From a virus (Duplodnaviria; Caudoviricetes), in the IMG/VR virus record IMGVR_UViG_3300020036_009879, positions 9,651 to 73,650 of that record: a stretch of DNA of 64,000 nucleotides. One strand, written 5' to 3'. The notes under the pieces were generated by a model. It made no database searches, was not told the DNA's origin, and saw only the letters and a program-made list of their open reading frames with translations. Below are positions 46,457-55,964 of this stretch, piece by piece (within the stretch, counting starts at the first letter, position 1; every line of letters starts with the position of its first letter). Both the position numbers and the translations under genes were made by a program.

Positions 46457-49015
46457 TTAAAGTATTTTTAATTGTGAATTTTTATTTAAAGTGAACTGAT
46501 TGGACTTGCTGTAAGTTTCATCATATTGGATAGAACCACTGAAGATTATTAATGATTTTTCAGACCCTACTAGTAACTTTTCAAAACGAGTAAACTCTTC
46601 TGACCAGATGAGTAGTTTGAATTGTTTATAGTTACTTTCAAGTGTTAGTCTAGCATACTTTCCTTTAACTGACTTACCTACCCTTACTTCAACTACATAA
46701 CCTCCAAAAGAACGAAATACACTATAGTCTTGTCTTTGGTTAAATTCAAGTGGTGAACAAAACTGAGTGTCAATACCTTCATCTTCAGCTATTTTTTTGT
46801 AATCAATTATAGCTAAACCTGTTAGTTCTTTCTGTTTTTTTAACCACCACCAGGTTTCAGTTAAGTTTCCAATAGTGTATGGGTCAGTAGCTAAATTGGA
46901 AGGTTTTACTTTCTTGAGAGTTCTGAAAAACTTAACTAGTCTGTCTCTCTCTTGAAAATCTTCTCCTAGTTCATGAAGTATGTCAAAGGCTCCTGATGAA
47001 ATCAAAGCTTCATAAGTCTGTTTCTTTACCTTTGAACCAGTAAAAGAGTGTCTTTCAATAAAGTCTTCAAGTGAACTATAGAAACCATTCTTTCTTCTCT
47101 CTTCAATAATCTGAAAAGCTGTATCTTCTCCAATCCCTTTAATAGAACCAATCCCCCAAAAAATATTACTAGATTCTTGTTCTGAAATCATACTAATCTC
47201 TGACTTATTAATATCAGGAGGTTTAATTCCAATCTTTTTGGCCTGGATAATTTCAGATAAGTAATTAAGTGTCTCTTTTTCATTAGCATAGTCTAAGGCT
47301 ACTGTCCAAAACTCTATTGGAAAAAAGACTTTTAAGAATTGTGATATATAGCTCGTTAATGCATAGGCTGTAGAGTGACTATTAGATGTAACTATTCCAG
47401 ATTCCATTGTAAGTGTATGAAAAGGGTCTTCCATCTCAACATCATATACATCATCTGTCTTTTGATAATCAATTGATTCAATCTCAACCAGTTCAGTATA
47501 AACTCCTTTAGGTTTTTCATTAACAGATTCCATACAATAGTCTCTAGTATAGAAGATTTTGTCAGTTTTGATGTCTATCTCTTCTAACATCTTTTCACCA
47601 TTAGAAGTGGGGAACTTATGATTCAGGGTAGTAGAGATTGATTTACCATTTTTTAGTGTCATCTTATAAATCTCTCTTTTTCCTTGATAGTAGATGTCTA
47701 TTATCTTGTTTTTCATTAGTTCACCTTTACTATTTAGTGAAGAAGAATTTCCATACCCCCTTCTTTTGTATCTAAGATGTTTCCTATAGAGTTCATTAGT
47801 AGTCTTTTTACCAGTAAATGGAGGGTTGTTTTTCAACTCATACATCTCTTTAATAGTAAGACATTTTACATCTCTTCTTTTTCCAGGTTGGAAGATTTTC
47901 TCATCTCCTGAAATACACTTATTGAAAGAATACCTAGCAAAGAATACCATAGAGTCCCAAGTTTCATTAAAACTCTCTAAAGGACAACCTCTTTCAAGAA
48001 ACCCTTTTCTAGCACGGTCTTTCCAAGCTAGTAATACATCAAGTTTTAACTTACCCATTGCTCTACGGATATCATCTGATTCAACCATTGAAAGTCCAGC
48101 TATCTTTTGAAAAACTTCCATAATCTGCTCTTGGTAAATCAGGAGTCCATAAGTATCTTTTGTTATCTCTTCAGTACCCCATAGGTAGGTAGGTTTTCTA
48201 CCTTCATTTTTACACTTAACATAAATCTCATGATAATGATTATCCATAGGTCCTGGCCTAAAGATAGCTACAGCTGCAATTAAGTCACCCATAGTTTGTG
48301 GTTTCAGTTTTTTAGAGTAGTCAGTTAGACCATCTGAACCAAACTGAAATACATCTCCATTCCAACCATTACTAAAATATCTATAAACCTCTGACTTAAA
48401 AGGGAGGTTGTAGATATCAGGTACTTCTTTATTGTTTGACTGAATCAAGTTTAAGATATCTTGAAACTTATCTAACTGTTTAATTCCTAAGATGTCTTCT
48501 TTTAAGAATCCAGCATTATCCATATCATCTCCACCCCATTCTGAAACTACCATTCCTTGTTGCATTCTTGTAGGTACCCATTCATTAGAAGACATAACTT
48601 CTGGAAAAATGATTACAGCACAAGGATGTATTGATTTAGTTCTTGGTTGATTCAGTAAGGTAGGTAACATGTATATATAGTCTGAGTTACTTTTAATGAA
48701 CTGTTTTAACTTAGGTTCTGTCATTGACCTTTTAATCAAGTCTAAGTAAGTTAAATCACCATCGGAAACTATTGATGATATGAGATTAGCTTCAGCAAAG
48801 TCTACAGATGCTAACCTAGCAAAATCTTTTAAAATACTCTTTAGTTTCATAGTAGTAAAGGTACCTACAGATGCTACTTGAGTTACTCCAAAACGGTTTT
48901 CAATATAGCGTTTTACTTTGCCTCTATCTCTACCAGGAAAATCACTATCTATATCAGGCAAACTCCCTTGTTGTAACTTTAGTCCTGTTTTTTCTACTAC
49001 TTTAACTACTTTCAT
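46457..49015 (-). CDS. dnaE: DNA polymerase III alpha, C-terminal half, with cis mini-intein
   Basis: LPDIDSDF, HPCAVII, KEDILG, IFRPGP, LIYQEQ, FNK/SHSTAY, GIGSIKGIG, OB fold. Confidence 0.9.
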   Translation of the reverse strand: MKVVKVVEKTGLKLQQGSLPDIDSDFPGRDRGKVKRYIENRFGVTQVASVGTFTTMKLKSILKDFARLASVDFAEANLISSIVSDGDLTYLDLIKRSMTEPKLKQFIKSNSDYIYMLPTLLNQPRTKSIHPCAVIIFPEVMSSNEWVPTRMQQGMVVSEWGGDDMDNAGFLKEDILGIKQLDKFQDILNLIQSNNKEVPDIYNLPFKSEVYRYFSNGWNGDVFQFGSDGLTDYSKKLKPQTMGDLIAAVAIFRPGPMDNHYHEIYVKCKNEGRKPTYLWGTEEITKDTYGLLIYQEQIMEVFQKIAGLSMVESDDIRRAMGKLKLDVLLAWKDRARKGFLERGCPLESFNETWDSMVFFARYSFNKCISGDEKIFQPGKRRDVKCLTIKEMYELKNNPPFTGKKTTNELYRKHLRYKRRGYGNSSSLNSKGELMKNKIIDIYYQGKREIYKMTLKNGKSISTTLNHKFPTSNGEKMLEEIDIKTDKIFYTRDYCMESVNEKPKGVYTELVEIESIDYQKTDDVYDVEMEDPFHTLTMESGIVTSNSHSTAYALTSYISQFLKVFFPIEFWTVALDYANEKETLNYLSEIIQAKKIGIKPPDINKSEISMISEQESSNIFWGIGSIKGIGEDTAFQIIEERRKNGFYSSLEDFIERHSFTGSKVKKQTYEALISSGAFDILHELGEDFQERDRLVKFFRTLKKVKPSNLATDPYTIGNLTETWWWLKKQKELTGLAIIDYKKIAEDEGIDTQFCSPLEFNQRQDYSVFRSFGGYVVEVRVGKSVKGKYARLTLESNYKQFKLLIWSEEFTRFEKLLVGSEKSLIIFSGSIQYDETYSKSNQFTLNKNSQLKIL
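47381..47917 (-). mobile_element. Mini-intein (179 aa) in DnaE between FNK and SHSTAY
   Basis: Begins CISGDE, block B STTLNHKF, VYDVEM, ends TSN followed by Ser. Confidence 0.9.
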
Positions 49016-49631
49016 CTTGACTCTTTTTAAGTTTATCTTCTTTTCTCTTTTTCCATGCTGACTTCATATTCTGTCTAGTTTCTTCAGAAAGACTTTTACC
49101 TTTAAGGGCTTTTGAAATTTTATCTTTAGAAACTTGTGACATTATCTTACTTGTTTGACTTCTAGAGTTTACTTCTCTTTGTTCCACAGTCATTATTCTA
49201 CCCTTATTAGCTAAAGATACTTTTTCTCTAGACTCCTTTGAAAATACTTTTCCTAAATGTTTTAGTCCAATCTTTTTCTTATGTTCTTTAGATAAAGTTT
49301 TACCTGTTTGAACCTCTGAAATCTTCTTTCTAGTTTCTAATGATAAATATCCTGACTTATCATTAGTTTCAGTAAGTTTCAAGTTTAGTCCATTAGGACC
49401 TAAAACATCATAAAAGTCTTGATAGTGTCTTTCTCTTTCATTTAAAAGTGAAATTTCACATTCTTCAAGAATTTCAAAAGTGTGGTTTTCAAAACCGTGT
49501 TTTGAAAAAGAGGATTTTAGTTTGCCTGGAGCTGGGTCAGTTCTATGTTCTCTAAATCTCCTTTTAACATCTACTGATTGGCCTATGTAAACTTTGTTAG
49601 TTGGAGAAGTGAATTTGTAAATCCCAATCAT
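49002..49631 (-). CDS. GIY-YIG homing endonuclease with NUMOD3-like repeats
   Basis: IGIYKF...VYIGQS...R; repeated S.E.(R/K)KKIS motifs. Confidence 0.9.
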   Translation of the reverse strand: MIGIYKFTSPTNKVYIGQSVDVKRRFREHRTDPAPGKLKSSFSKHGFENHTFEILEECEISLLNERERHYQDFYDVLGPNGLNLKLTETNDKSGYLSLETRKKISEVQTGKTLSKEHKKKIGLKHLGKVFSKESREKVSLANKGRIMTVEQREVNSRSQTSKIMSQVSKDKISKALKGKSLSEETRQNMKSAWKKRKEDKLKKSQDESS

Positions 49632-49632
49632 A

Positions 49633-49842
49633 CTAATTTAAGTTTTCAAAATTTATTTTATGTCCAGTTTCTTCATCTACAGTACTAATTAATTGTCCTG
49701 TAACTGTCAGATACCCTAAACCTGTATTGTTAATCTGTTCTTCAGCTAACTGAAAAGTTGGGGCTTCTATAATTGGGCCTACCCAAGTTTTGATGATACC
49801 ATCTCTTGGGTCTATTGCTACTAAGTTGGTTGTGAATTTCAT
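49633..49842 (-). CDS. Small hypothetical protein between dnaE halves
   Basis: ORF with 1-2 nt spacing to neighbours. Confidence 0.6.
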   Translation of the reverse strand: MKFTTNLVAIDPRDGIIKTWVGPIIEAPTFQLAEEQINNTGLGYLTVTGQLISTVDEETGHKINFENLN

Positions 49843-49844
49843 AT

Positions 49845-51389
49845 TTAGTATTTAATTATGTCATCACCCTCTTCCACTTCATGAACTTGTACAACTTTTT
49901 CAACTTCATTTCTTAGTACTCTTACTAAAGTACCTTCTGCTAATTCAACAGTTGAACCATCTTCAAGTTGGAATGAAAATAGTGGTCTCTCTTCCCAATT
50001 TCCCATCCTTCCTGAGTTCAAAAATCTTTCAAACAGTAAGTCAAAATCTAAAGGGTCTACTTTAATGATACCAAGTAGATAGGCTATAAGTGAGCCACCG
50101 GCACTACCTCTACCAATTCCAGTTAAGATATTCTCTCTTTTAGCAAACTGAATAATATCATATAGTGAGAGAAAGTAGTCAATTACATCTCCTTTACGTA
50201 GTACATCAATTTCAACCTTTAGTCTATCAATATACTTTTGAGTATCTTTGATTTTCTTTTCTTTAAAGCCTTTTTTAACTAAGTGTAAAAATAACTCTTC
50301 ACTTGAACCAAATTCTTCTTCTTCTTCAGGAGTCATCTTATATTTTGGAAGATGTCTTGTATTGGTATCGTATGAGAAGTTACAGTTTTCAGCAACTATT
50401 TGTTCATTAGAAACTGAATCTTTAAATAGTTTTATCCAACCTTTTGAGTTTTTAGTAAACATATTAATTAGTTCACTAGCATATTGGTCTTTAGACTTAA
50501 AGTACTGATTGTCACTTTTATCATCATAAGACTTAGACAAATCCCAAAGAACCTCACGTGTTCTAAAATCAGATTTTTCTAAATAGTAAGCATCAGTAAT
50601 ACTAATTGGTTCAATATCTTTACTTAAAATGAACTTTTCAAGATTATTGATATACCAAGTATCTTTTTCTTCATTTAAGAAGTTAACTGTATCAAGTTGG
50701 AAGAAATCAGACACTTTTGGATAGTCTGAAAAGTCAGTAGATTTAGGGTCTGTAATAATATACAACCCTTCTCTGTTCAATTCTAAAAACTCTTCTTCAA
50801 TGTAATGTTTCCCATCTATATTTAAAATAGTATTAAATTTCAAAAGGTTTAACCATCCTTGAAAATCTCTACAGTATAACTTAATACTAAAAGACTTATT
50901 TTTAGAATTTATTACTGGAATTTCCATTCCCATAATAGACTTAATACCAGCTTTTTTACACTCTCCTTGAAATACAATAGCTCCACTAAGTGATGATTTT
51001 TCACAAATAGCTAAAGTCTTAACTTCAAGAAACTTAGCTTTCTTAACCCAATCTTTATATATACTAGTACCATTCATTAGTTCATAACCTGAATGTATCC
51101 CTAAGAAAGATTTAGTAGGTAATTTTTGTACAGATTTACCTACATATTTTAGTTCAGTAAGTGTTGGTTCTTCTTCAAATTTTTGAGTATACCATCTCCC
51201 TCCAAATTCATAAACGTAACTTTTTACGTCTTCACTATCATAGTCTTTAGGGAGTATTATTTCAAATACATTAGTATCATCTGTTACTATATAGTAGTAG
51301 TTATTATTAATAAATAATAGTCCATCTTCTATATTGAAAGAGAGTAACATCTCTTTTAAGTAAGACTCTAGTTTTTCAATTTGTTTCAT
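49845..51389 (-). CDS. dnaE: DNA polymerase III alpha, N-terminal (PHP) half with Hint-like tail
   Basis: GIHSGY PHP start, DAYY, YIDRLKVE, DYFL, GIGRGSAGGSLIAYLLGI, DLLFERFLN. Confidence 0.9.
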   Translation of the reverse strand: MKQIEKLESYLKEMLLSFNIEDGLLFINNNYYYIVTDDTNVFEIILPKDYDSEDVKSYVYEFGGRWYTQKFEEEPTLTELKYVGKSVQKLPTKSFLGIHSGYELMNGTSIYKDWVKKAKFLEVKTLAICEKSSLSGAIVFQGECKKAGIKSIMGMEIPVINSKNKSFSIKLYCRDFQGWLNLLKFNTILNIDGKHYIEEEFLELNREGLYIITDPKSTDFSDYPKVSDFFQLDTVNFLNEEKDTWYINNLEKFILSKDIEPISITDAYYLEKSDFRTREVLWDLSKSYDDKSDNQYFKSKDQYASELINMFTKNSKGWIKLFKDSVSNEQIVAENCNFSYDTNTRHLPKYKMTPEEEEEFGSSEELFLHLVKKGFKEKKIKDTQKYIDRLKVEIDVLRKGDVIDYFLSLYDIIQFAKRENILTGIGRGSAGGSLIAYLLGIIKVDPLDFDLLFERFLNSGRMGNWEERPLFSFQLEDGSTVELAEGTLVRVLRNEVEKVVQVHEVEEGDDIIKY

Positions 51390-51460
51390 ATCTTTTAAAT
51401 AAGGGTAAAATTAATGTAAAAGTCTGTATTAAAAAACTTTTAGAGAATAAATTTTATAAG

Positions 51461-51487
51461 AAACACCCGTTTTTAAAACGGGTGTTT
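51461..51487 (-). terminator. Intrinsic terminator
   Basis: aaacacccgtttt-t-aaaacgggtgttt. Confidence 0.75.
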
Positions 51488-51516
51488 TAGGTATTGTTTT
51501 TTAAAATCGGTATCTT

Positions 51517-52320
51517 CTATAGAGATGTTCTTTTTTCTTCCTGAGAACCTTTCAAAGATAGTGTCTCAGTTACGTACTTAACAGTCTCTTCCCAACCGTC
51601 TTTGTATTCAATAGGGTCTACTAAACCAAGATTTAAGAAAGCTTCTACACGTTCAACATCTGAACCTGTTCTTCCATCAGCTTTTCCATCAGGAGTTGGT
51701 TCATAAGAAGTAGAAGTAAGCTTCATTACATCATCAAAGCTAATACCCATTTTCTGAGTAGACTGGTAGCCTTTCCATAGAACATCAGTTTTGTTTAAAT
51801 CTACAAAAGGGGTAATATAGGTTACCAGTTCACTATCCCAGTTTGAAATAGCAAAAGCGTGACGTAGAGAATCAATTGATTCTTGTCTACAGTCAGGGTA
51901 GATTGCATGGTCTCCACTGTGTACTCCTAATGCTATCTCTACTTCTTCTTTTTCTTCAGCAGTTGCCATTGATAAAGCTACAGCAAAAAGGATTGAACTA
52001 AAGATTACATTTCTATTTGGAACTACAGTAGCCTTCATACTCTCTGATTCATAGTGACCCTTTGGAACTGAGTTTCCAGAACTTAATAAAGAAGAACTTA
52101 GAAGACTTCCAACTGAAGTTAAGTCAACTTTATTGAAAGAAATAGGATACCTTAAACCTTTCATATGATTTACAAATTGTTCAGCTCTTTCTAGTTCAAC
52201 TTTGTGTCGTTGTCCATAGTCAAAACTTACTGTTTTTAATTCATACCCTTGTGCTAAAAGGTGTAATGCTAAGCAGGTGGAATCCATACCTCCACTCAAG
52301 CTCAAAACTGCTTTTTTCAT
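51517..52320 (-). CDS. queC: 7-cyano-7-deazaguanine synthase
   Basis: LSGGMDS, FDYGQRH, VVPNRN, YPDCR. Confidence 0.9.
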   Translation of the reverse strand: MKKAVLSLSGGMDSTCLALHLLAQGYELKTVSFDYGQRHKVELERAEQFVNHMKGLRYPISFNKVDLTSVGSLLSSSLLSSGNSVPKGHYESESMKATVVPNRNVIFSSILFAVALSMATAEEKEEVEIALGVHSGDHAIYPDCRQESIDSLRHAFAISNWDSELVTYITPFVDLNKTDVLWKGYQSTQKMGISFDDVMKLTSTSYEPTPDGKADGRTGSDVERVEAFLNLGLVDPIEYKDGWEETVKYVTETLSLKGSQEEKRTSL

Positions 52321-52322
52321 AC

Positions 52323-52838
52323 TTACTCTTCTTTAAGTTTTTCTTCTTTTTTTGATTTCTTTCCAACAATAACTTCTTCAACAGGTGAAACTTCCTCTAG
52401 AACTGAATCTGAAGACCCAAACCCATTTTTACCTCTTTCTCCTGGGGAATGAGCCTCTTGCCAACCAACAGTACAATCAATCATTCTATGAACAATCATT
52501 TGAGCTACAGCATAACCTTTTGGTAGAGTGTGTGACTCTTTTGAACTATTGAATAACTTAACTCCAAACTCTCCTCTGTAAGAATTATCAATAATTCCAA
52601 AGTGGGGGTCTACTTCTTTTTTGAAAGCAAGTCCTGAACGTCCTTCAATCTTAAACCAGAATCCAGGGGTAATGTAACCTACTTCTATTCCTACTTGTAC
52701 AACAGCTGATTCACCTGGTGGAATTGTTACTTCTTCAATTGAGAAGATATCAAAACCAGCATCTCCAGTTAACTTATCACTATAAGTTCTTTTTGGAAGA
52801 ATAGCATCTTCATGAGTTTTAACGAAATTTATTACCAT
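52323..52838 (-). CDS. dut: dUTPase (trimeric type)
   Basis: DAGFDI, EGRSGL, GIIDNSYRGE, AQMI, RGKNGFGSS. Confidence 0.9.
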   Translation of the reverse strand: MVINFVKTHEDAILPKRTYSDKLTGDAGFDIFSIEEVTIPPGESAVVQVGIEVGYITPGFWFKIEGRSGLAFKKEVDPHFGIIDNSYRGEFGVKLFNSSKESHTLPKGYAVAQMIVHRMIDCTVGWQEAHSPGERGKNGFGSSDSVLEEVSPVEEVIVGKKSKKEEKLKEE

Positions 52839-52839
52839 C

Positions 52840-53403
52840 TTATTTAATAGGTTTTAAATTAGGGAGATGTCTTATGAGAGTCTCCATTCTCTCTTCTACT
52901 GTTCCTGATAGATAGACTAACTGATTTTCATCTATGAGCTTTAATTCTACATGTTTGAATAAAAAGTTTACCATTTTATCTTGAATATCTCTTTGAATTA
53001 CAGGGTCAAACCACATACCTGTTCTTACACTATCTTCTTGAAGAGGAAATTCAATTGGAAGGATAAAGACTTTCTCTATATACTTACACTGTTTTTTAAA
53101 AGCTATCTCTAAGTCTGTAGTACAAACAGTTGGGTCAACTACTTGTGAATAGATAATTTGGTCTATTAGTGACCTTGTAGCTATTCCTCCTCTTACTTTA
53201 TGTGAGAAGATATTTAGAGAAAGTTCAACTTCATTGTGTATGATTTGCTTTTTCTTTTGGTCGAAGTCAAATCCACTTTTCTTCAACCCTTTTTCTAGAG
53301 GTCTTGATAACCCTTCCATTGTTACAAAAGAAGGGTTTAGTTTCAAGATTTCATCTACTAGAGTTGACTTACCTGTACCATGTGAACCTAAAAAGTAATT
53401 CAT
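52840..53403 (-). CDS. P-loop nucleoside monophosphate kinase-like protein
   Basis: GSHGTGKST, RSLID, DSVR. Confidence 0.7.
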   Translation of the reverse strand: MNYFLGSHGTGKSTLVDEILKLNPSFVTMEGLSRPLEKGLKKSGFDFDQKKKQIIHNEVELSLNIFSHKVRGGIATRSLIDQIIYSQVVDPTVCTTDLEIAFKKQCKYIEKVFILPIEFPLQEDSVRTGMWFDPVIQRDIQDKMVNFLFKHVELKLIDENQLVYLSGTVEERMETLIRHLPNLKPIK

Positions 53404-53404
53404 A

Positions 53405-54235
53405 CTACTGTTGGATTAGTTTAGGAAGTTGGATTAAAGTTTCTGGTGCAAGCTCTCTATGGGTGAATCTGATAGGGTTAATATCAATCCCACCTCTTCT
53501 TGTATACTGACAAAGTACAAGTAGCTTTTTAGGTTTTAGTAACTCAAAAAGGTCATTGTAAATCATCTCACAAGTAGGTTCATGAAAAGCTTGGTGTGTA
53601 CGTATTGAAACAATGTACTCAAGTAAACTTTCATAGGTAACTTCTTTTTCTCCTGGTTCATAAGAAATAAAAACCCTTCCCCAGTCTGGTTGATTTGTTA
53701 TCTCACAGTTACTTCTAAGTAAATTAGAGTATAGTTCTACAATGTCCACTCTCCCTGGTTTAGCTTCTTTTGTCTTTAGTAACTTAGGGTTGTATTCATA
53801 CTCTTTGATAACTAAGTCTTTTACAAACTCTTCAAGTTTTCTAGCACCAAAGTAGATAGAAGGGTCTCTAAACCCTTTTATTTCAATAACCTCTACAAAC
53901 CCTTCAGCTACACCAGTAAGGTCTCTTGAAATAATTTCAATAAGAGTCTCTTTGTCTTCAATAACTGTATTATTGAAAGAGTTTAGGTATAGTTTTAGTG
54001 ACTTAGATTCAAAGATGTTTTTTGAATCAGCTGGATTACTAATTCTTAAAACTAAGAAACAAGGTAAGCCATTTGGTTTCAAGAATGAAACTTCAAAAGC
54101 TGTCCAGATATCAGCACCATTCATTGGAGCTGTTAAACTTTTTCTTCTTGGACTTCTTGGAAACCCTTCCAATAGGGTCTTGTCATACTTATCAGTATAA
54201 CTAGTAGTACTTCCTAATGCCTTTAATACACCCAT
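53405..54235 (-). CDS. queF: preQ0 reductase (bimodular QueF)
   Basis: ADIWTAFE, ESKSLKLYLNSF, SNCEITNQPDW (catalytic C and D), FHE, YTRRGGIDINP. Confidence 0.9.
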   Translation of the reverse strand: MGVLKALGSTTSYTDKYDKTLLEGFPRSPRRKSLTAPMNGADIWTAFEVSFLKPNGLPCFLVLRISNPADSKNIFESKSLKLYLNSFNNTVIEDKETLIEIISRDLTGVAEGFVEVIEIKGFRDPSIYFGARKLEEFVKDLVIKEYEYNPKLLKTKEAKPGRVDIVELYSNLLRSNCEITNQPDWGRVFISYEPGEKEVTYESLLEYIVSIRTHQAFHEPTCEMIYNDLFELLKPKKLLVLCQYTRRGGIDINPIRFTHRELAPETLIQLPKLIQQ

Positions 54236-55017
54236 TCGTTAATAGTATACTGTTTAAAAAAGTTAATATTATAGTTGATGATTTCTTCAGATTCTTCAGT
54301 AATTGAAATATCTAAGTTATCAGCCAACTTTAGTTTTGGTTTTGGTTGGTTACTACCATATTGAGTAAATCTACTCCCTATAATACCATGTAAGATGGGA
54401 GAAGAAGTATCAATACTAGTGATAAATCGTTTTTCTTCTTCAGTGTATAGAAGAAGTTCTTGTGGATTCTGTATCCCTAAAAAGTGTATTTCTAGTTCAC
54501 TTAGTATAGTTTTTCCTAATTTTCCTAATAGATATTTGAAAAATTGGAATCTAATAATACTATAGTCTGAATCTTTGATACAGTCAAAGGGAATGGCAAT
54601 GTAGTAGATACTAGCACTTGTATATGTTAGAATACACTGATAGAGTTCTCTAAATGAATTACCTTGAACAACTCCTATTGGAGTTATCCCTAACTCTCTC
54701 AACTCATCACGAAACTGACTATAGAAATCAATTGAATCTTTGAGAGTAGTTTCTTGGTCATGTACTGTATCTGGTAAAATCAAGTGAGATGGCTTAAGTT
54801 CTCTTGCAACTGAAATTAATTCTTCAAAAGGAATAGAAGCTCCTAGTTCAAAGGCTGAATTATCAAGAATAGAAAAATCACTTCTCTTCAACTCTTTTTT
54901 GTAAAACTCCCTATACTCAGAATCTTGTTTAATCAAGTGTCCAAGTACATATGGATAATCATTAAAAACCCTACTTTTTTCAAATAGAGTCTTGGGTACT
55001 TCATGAGATACTTTCAT
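54223..55017 (-). CDS. TGT-fold protein, candidate 7-deazaguanine transglycosylase (DpdA-like)
   Basis: ILDNSAFELG, ILPD, GVVQG, IHFLG, SIDTSSP; embedded in que cluster. Confidence 0.6.
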   Translation of the reverse strand: MKVSHEVPKTLFEKSRVFNDYPYVLGHLIKQDSEYREFYKKELKRSDFSILDNSAFELGASIPFEELISVARELKPSHLILPDTVHDQETTLKDSIDFYSQFRDELRELGITPIGVVQGNSFRELYQCILTYTSASIYYIAIPFDCIKDSDYSIIRFQFFKYLLGKLGKTILSELEIHFLGIQNPQELLLYTEEEKRFITSIDTSSPILHGIIGSRFTQYGSNQPKPKLKLADNLDISITEESEEIINYNINFFKQYTINEWVY

Positions 55018-55019
55018 CT

Positions 55020-55640
55020 TTAGGGTCTACTACTGTTAATAATTGAATAAAACTCAGCCCTGGCTGATGGTTCAGTTTCAAAAGAACCACTAAGGGTAGC
55101 TGTATCCATTTGAGAATCATCATTCACACCACGGATTTTACAACAAAGGTGTTCACAACTAATGTAAACAGCTACTCCTTTATTATCAGGGAAAGTTTCA
55201 TTTACAAAATCGTGAATCTGTTGTGTTAATTGTTCTTGTAGTTGAGGTCTTCTAGAGTAGTACTCTACAATACGGTTCAATTTTGATAAACCTGCCACTA
55301 CTTTACCTGGAATATAGGCAATGTATGCCTTACCAATAAAGGGTTGTAAATGGTGTGAACATAAACTCTTTACTTCAATTCTCTTTTGTACCACCATACC
55401 AGCATACTTAGAGGTATTTTCAAAAGTAGTGATTCGAGGAGGTTCATCATAAGAGCCTGTAGTAGTCTCATTTATATACATCTTAGCTACCCTCTTTGGA
55501 GTCTCTCTCATGTTTGGGTCATTCTTCCAATCATACCCTAGTGCAGTTAGAAAGTCACCAAGAGCTTTTTCAGCAGCTGGTAACCTATCTTGTTTGTTAT
55601 CGTCTCCTTTGAAACTTTGTCCAGAAATAATCTTACTCAT
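55020..55640 (-). CDS. folE: GTP cyclohydrolase I
   Basis: ETPKRVAKMY, SLCSHH, GLSKLNR, RPQLQE, HLCCKIRGV. Confidence 0.93.
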   Translation of the reverse strand: MSKIISGQSFKGDDNKQDRLPAAEKALGDFLTALGYDWKNDPNMRETPKRVAKMYINETTTGSYDEPPRITTFENTSKYAGMVVQKRIEVKSLCSHHLQPFIGKAYIAYIPGKVVAGLSKLNRIVEYYSRRPQLQEQLTQQIHDFVNETFPDNKGVAVYISCEHLCCKIRGVNDDSQMDTATLSGSFETEPSARAEFYSIINSSRP

Positions 55641-55645
55641 AGTTA

Positions 55646-55948
55646 TTAATTAAATTGTCTAAATTCCTTGTCTAGTTTTTCAAGTAGAGAAAGTATTCTC
55701 CTAGTCACTTCTAAAACTTCTTCTAAACTATCACACTTAGCTTGTGATTTATTCACATACCCTGATAAAGCTTGTACAATTTTAGGGTAGTAGTATGGTT
55801 CAGTAAATTCATACTTCTCAAGTACTCCATTTCTTTTTCCTTCACGAGTTTCATGAAATGTTAAAACAATTCCACTATCTCCATCAGAGGTAATGTACCA
55901 CTTATCGTCTAATACGATTTTATTACTTTTAGTAAAAACTCTATTCAT
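55646..55948 (-). CDS. Hypothetical protein in que cluster
   Basis: ORF track. Confidence 0.6.
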   Translation of the reverse strand: MNRVFTKSNKIVLDDKWYITSDGDSGIVLTFHETREGKRNGVLEKYEFTEPYYYPKIVQALSGYVNKSQAKCDSLEEVLEVTRRILSLLEKLDKEFRQFN

Positions 55949-55964
55949 CTTTTAAAATTTAGTA

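Noticed and set aside
49016-49844. Group I intron interrupting dnaE
   Set aside because: The interval is filled by two tightly coupled ORFs, leaving no room for a ribozyme core; both halves have their own start and stop
48965-50006. Canonical trans-splicing split intein
   Set aside because: No block A nucleophile, TxxH or terminal Asn/Gln; kept only as a degenerate Hint-like finding
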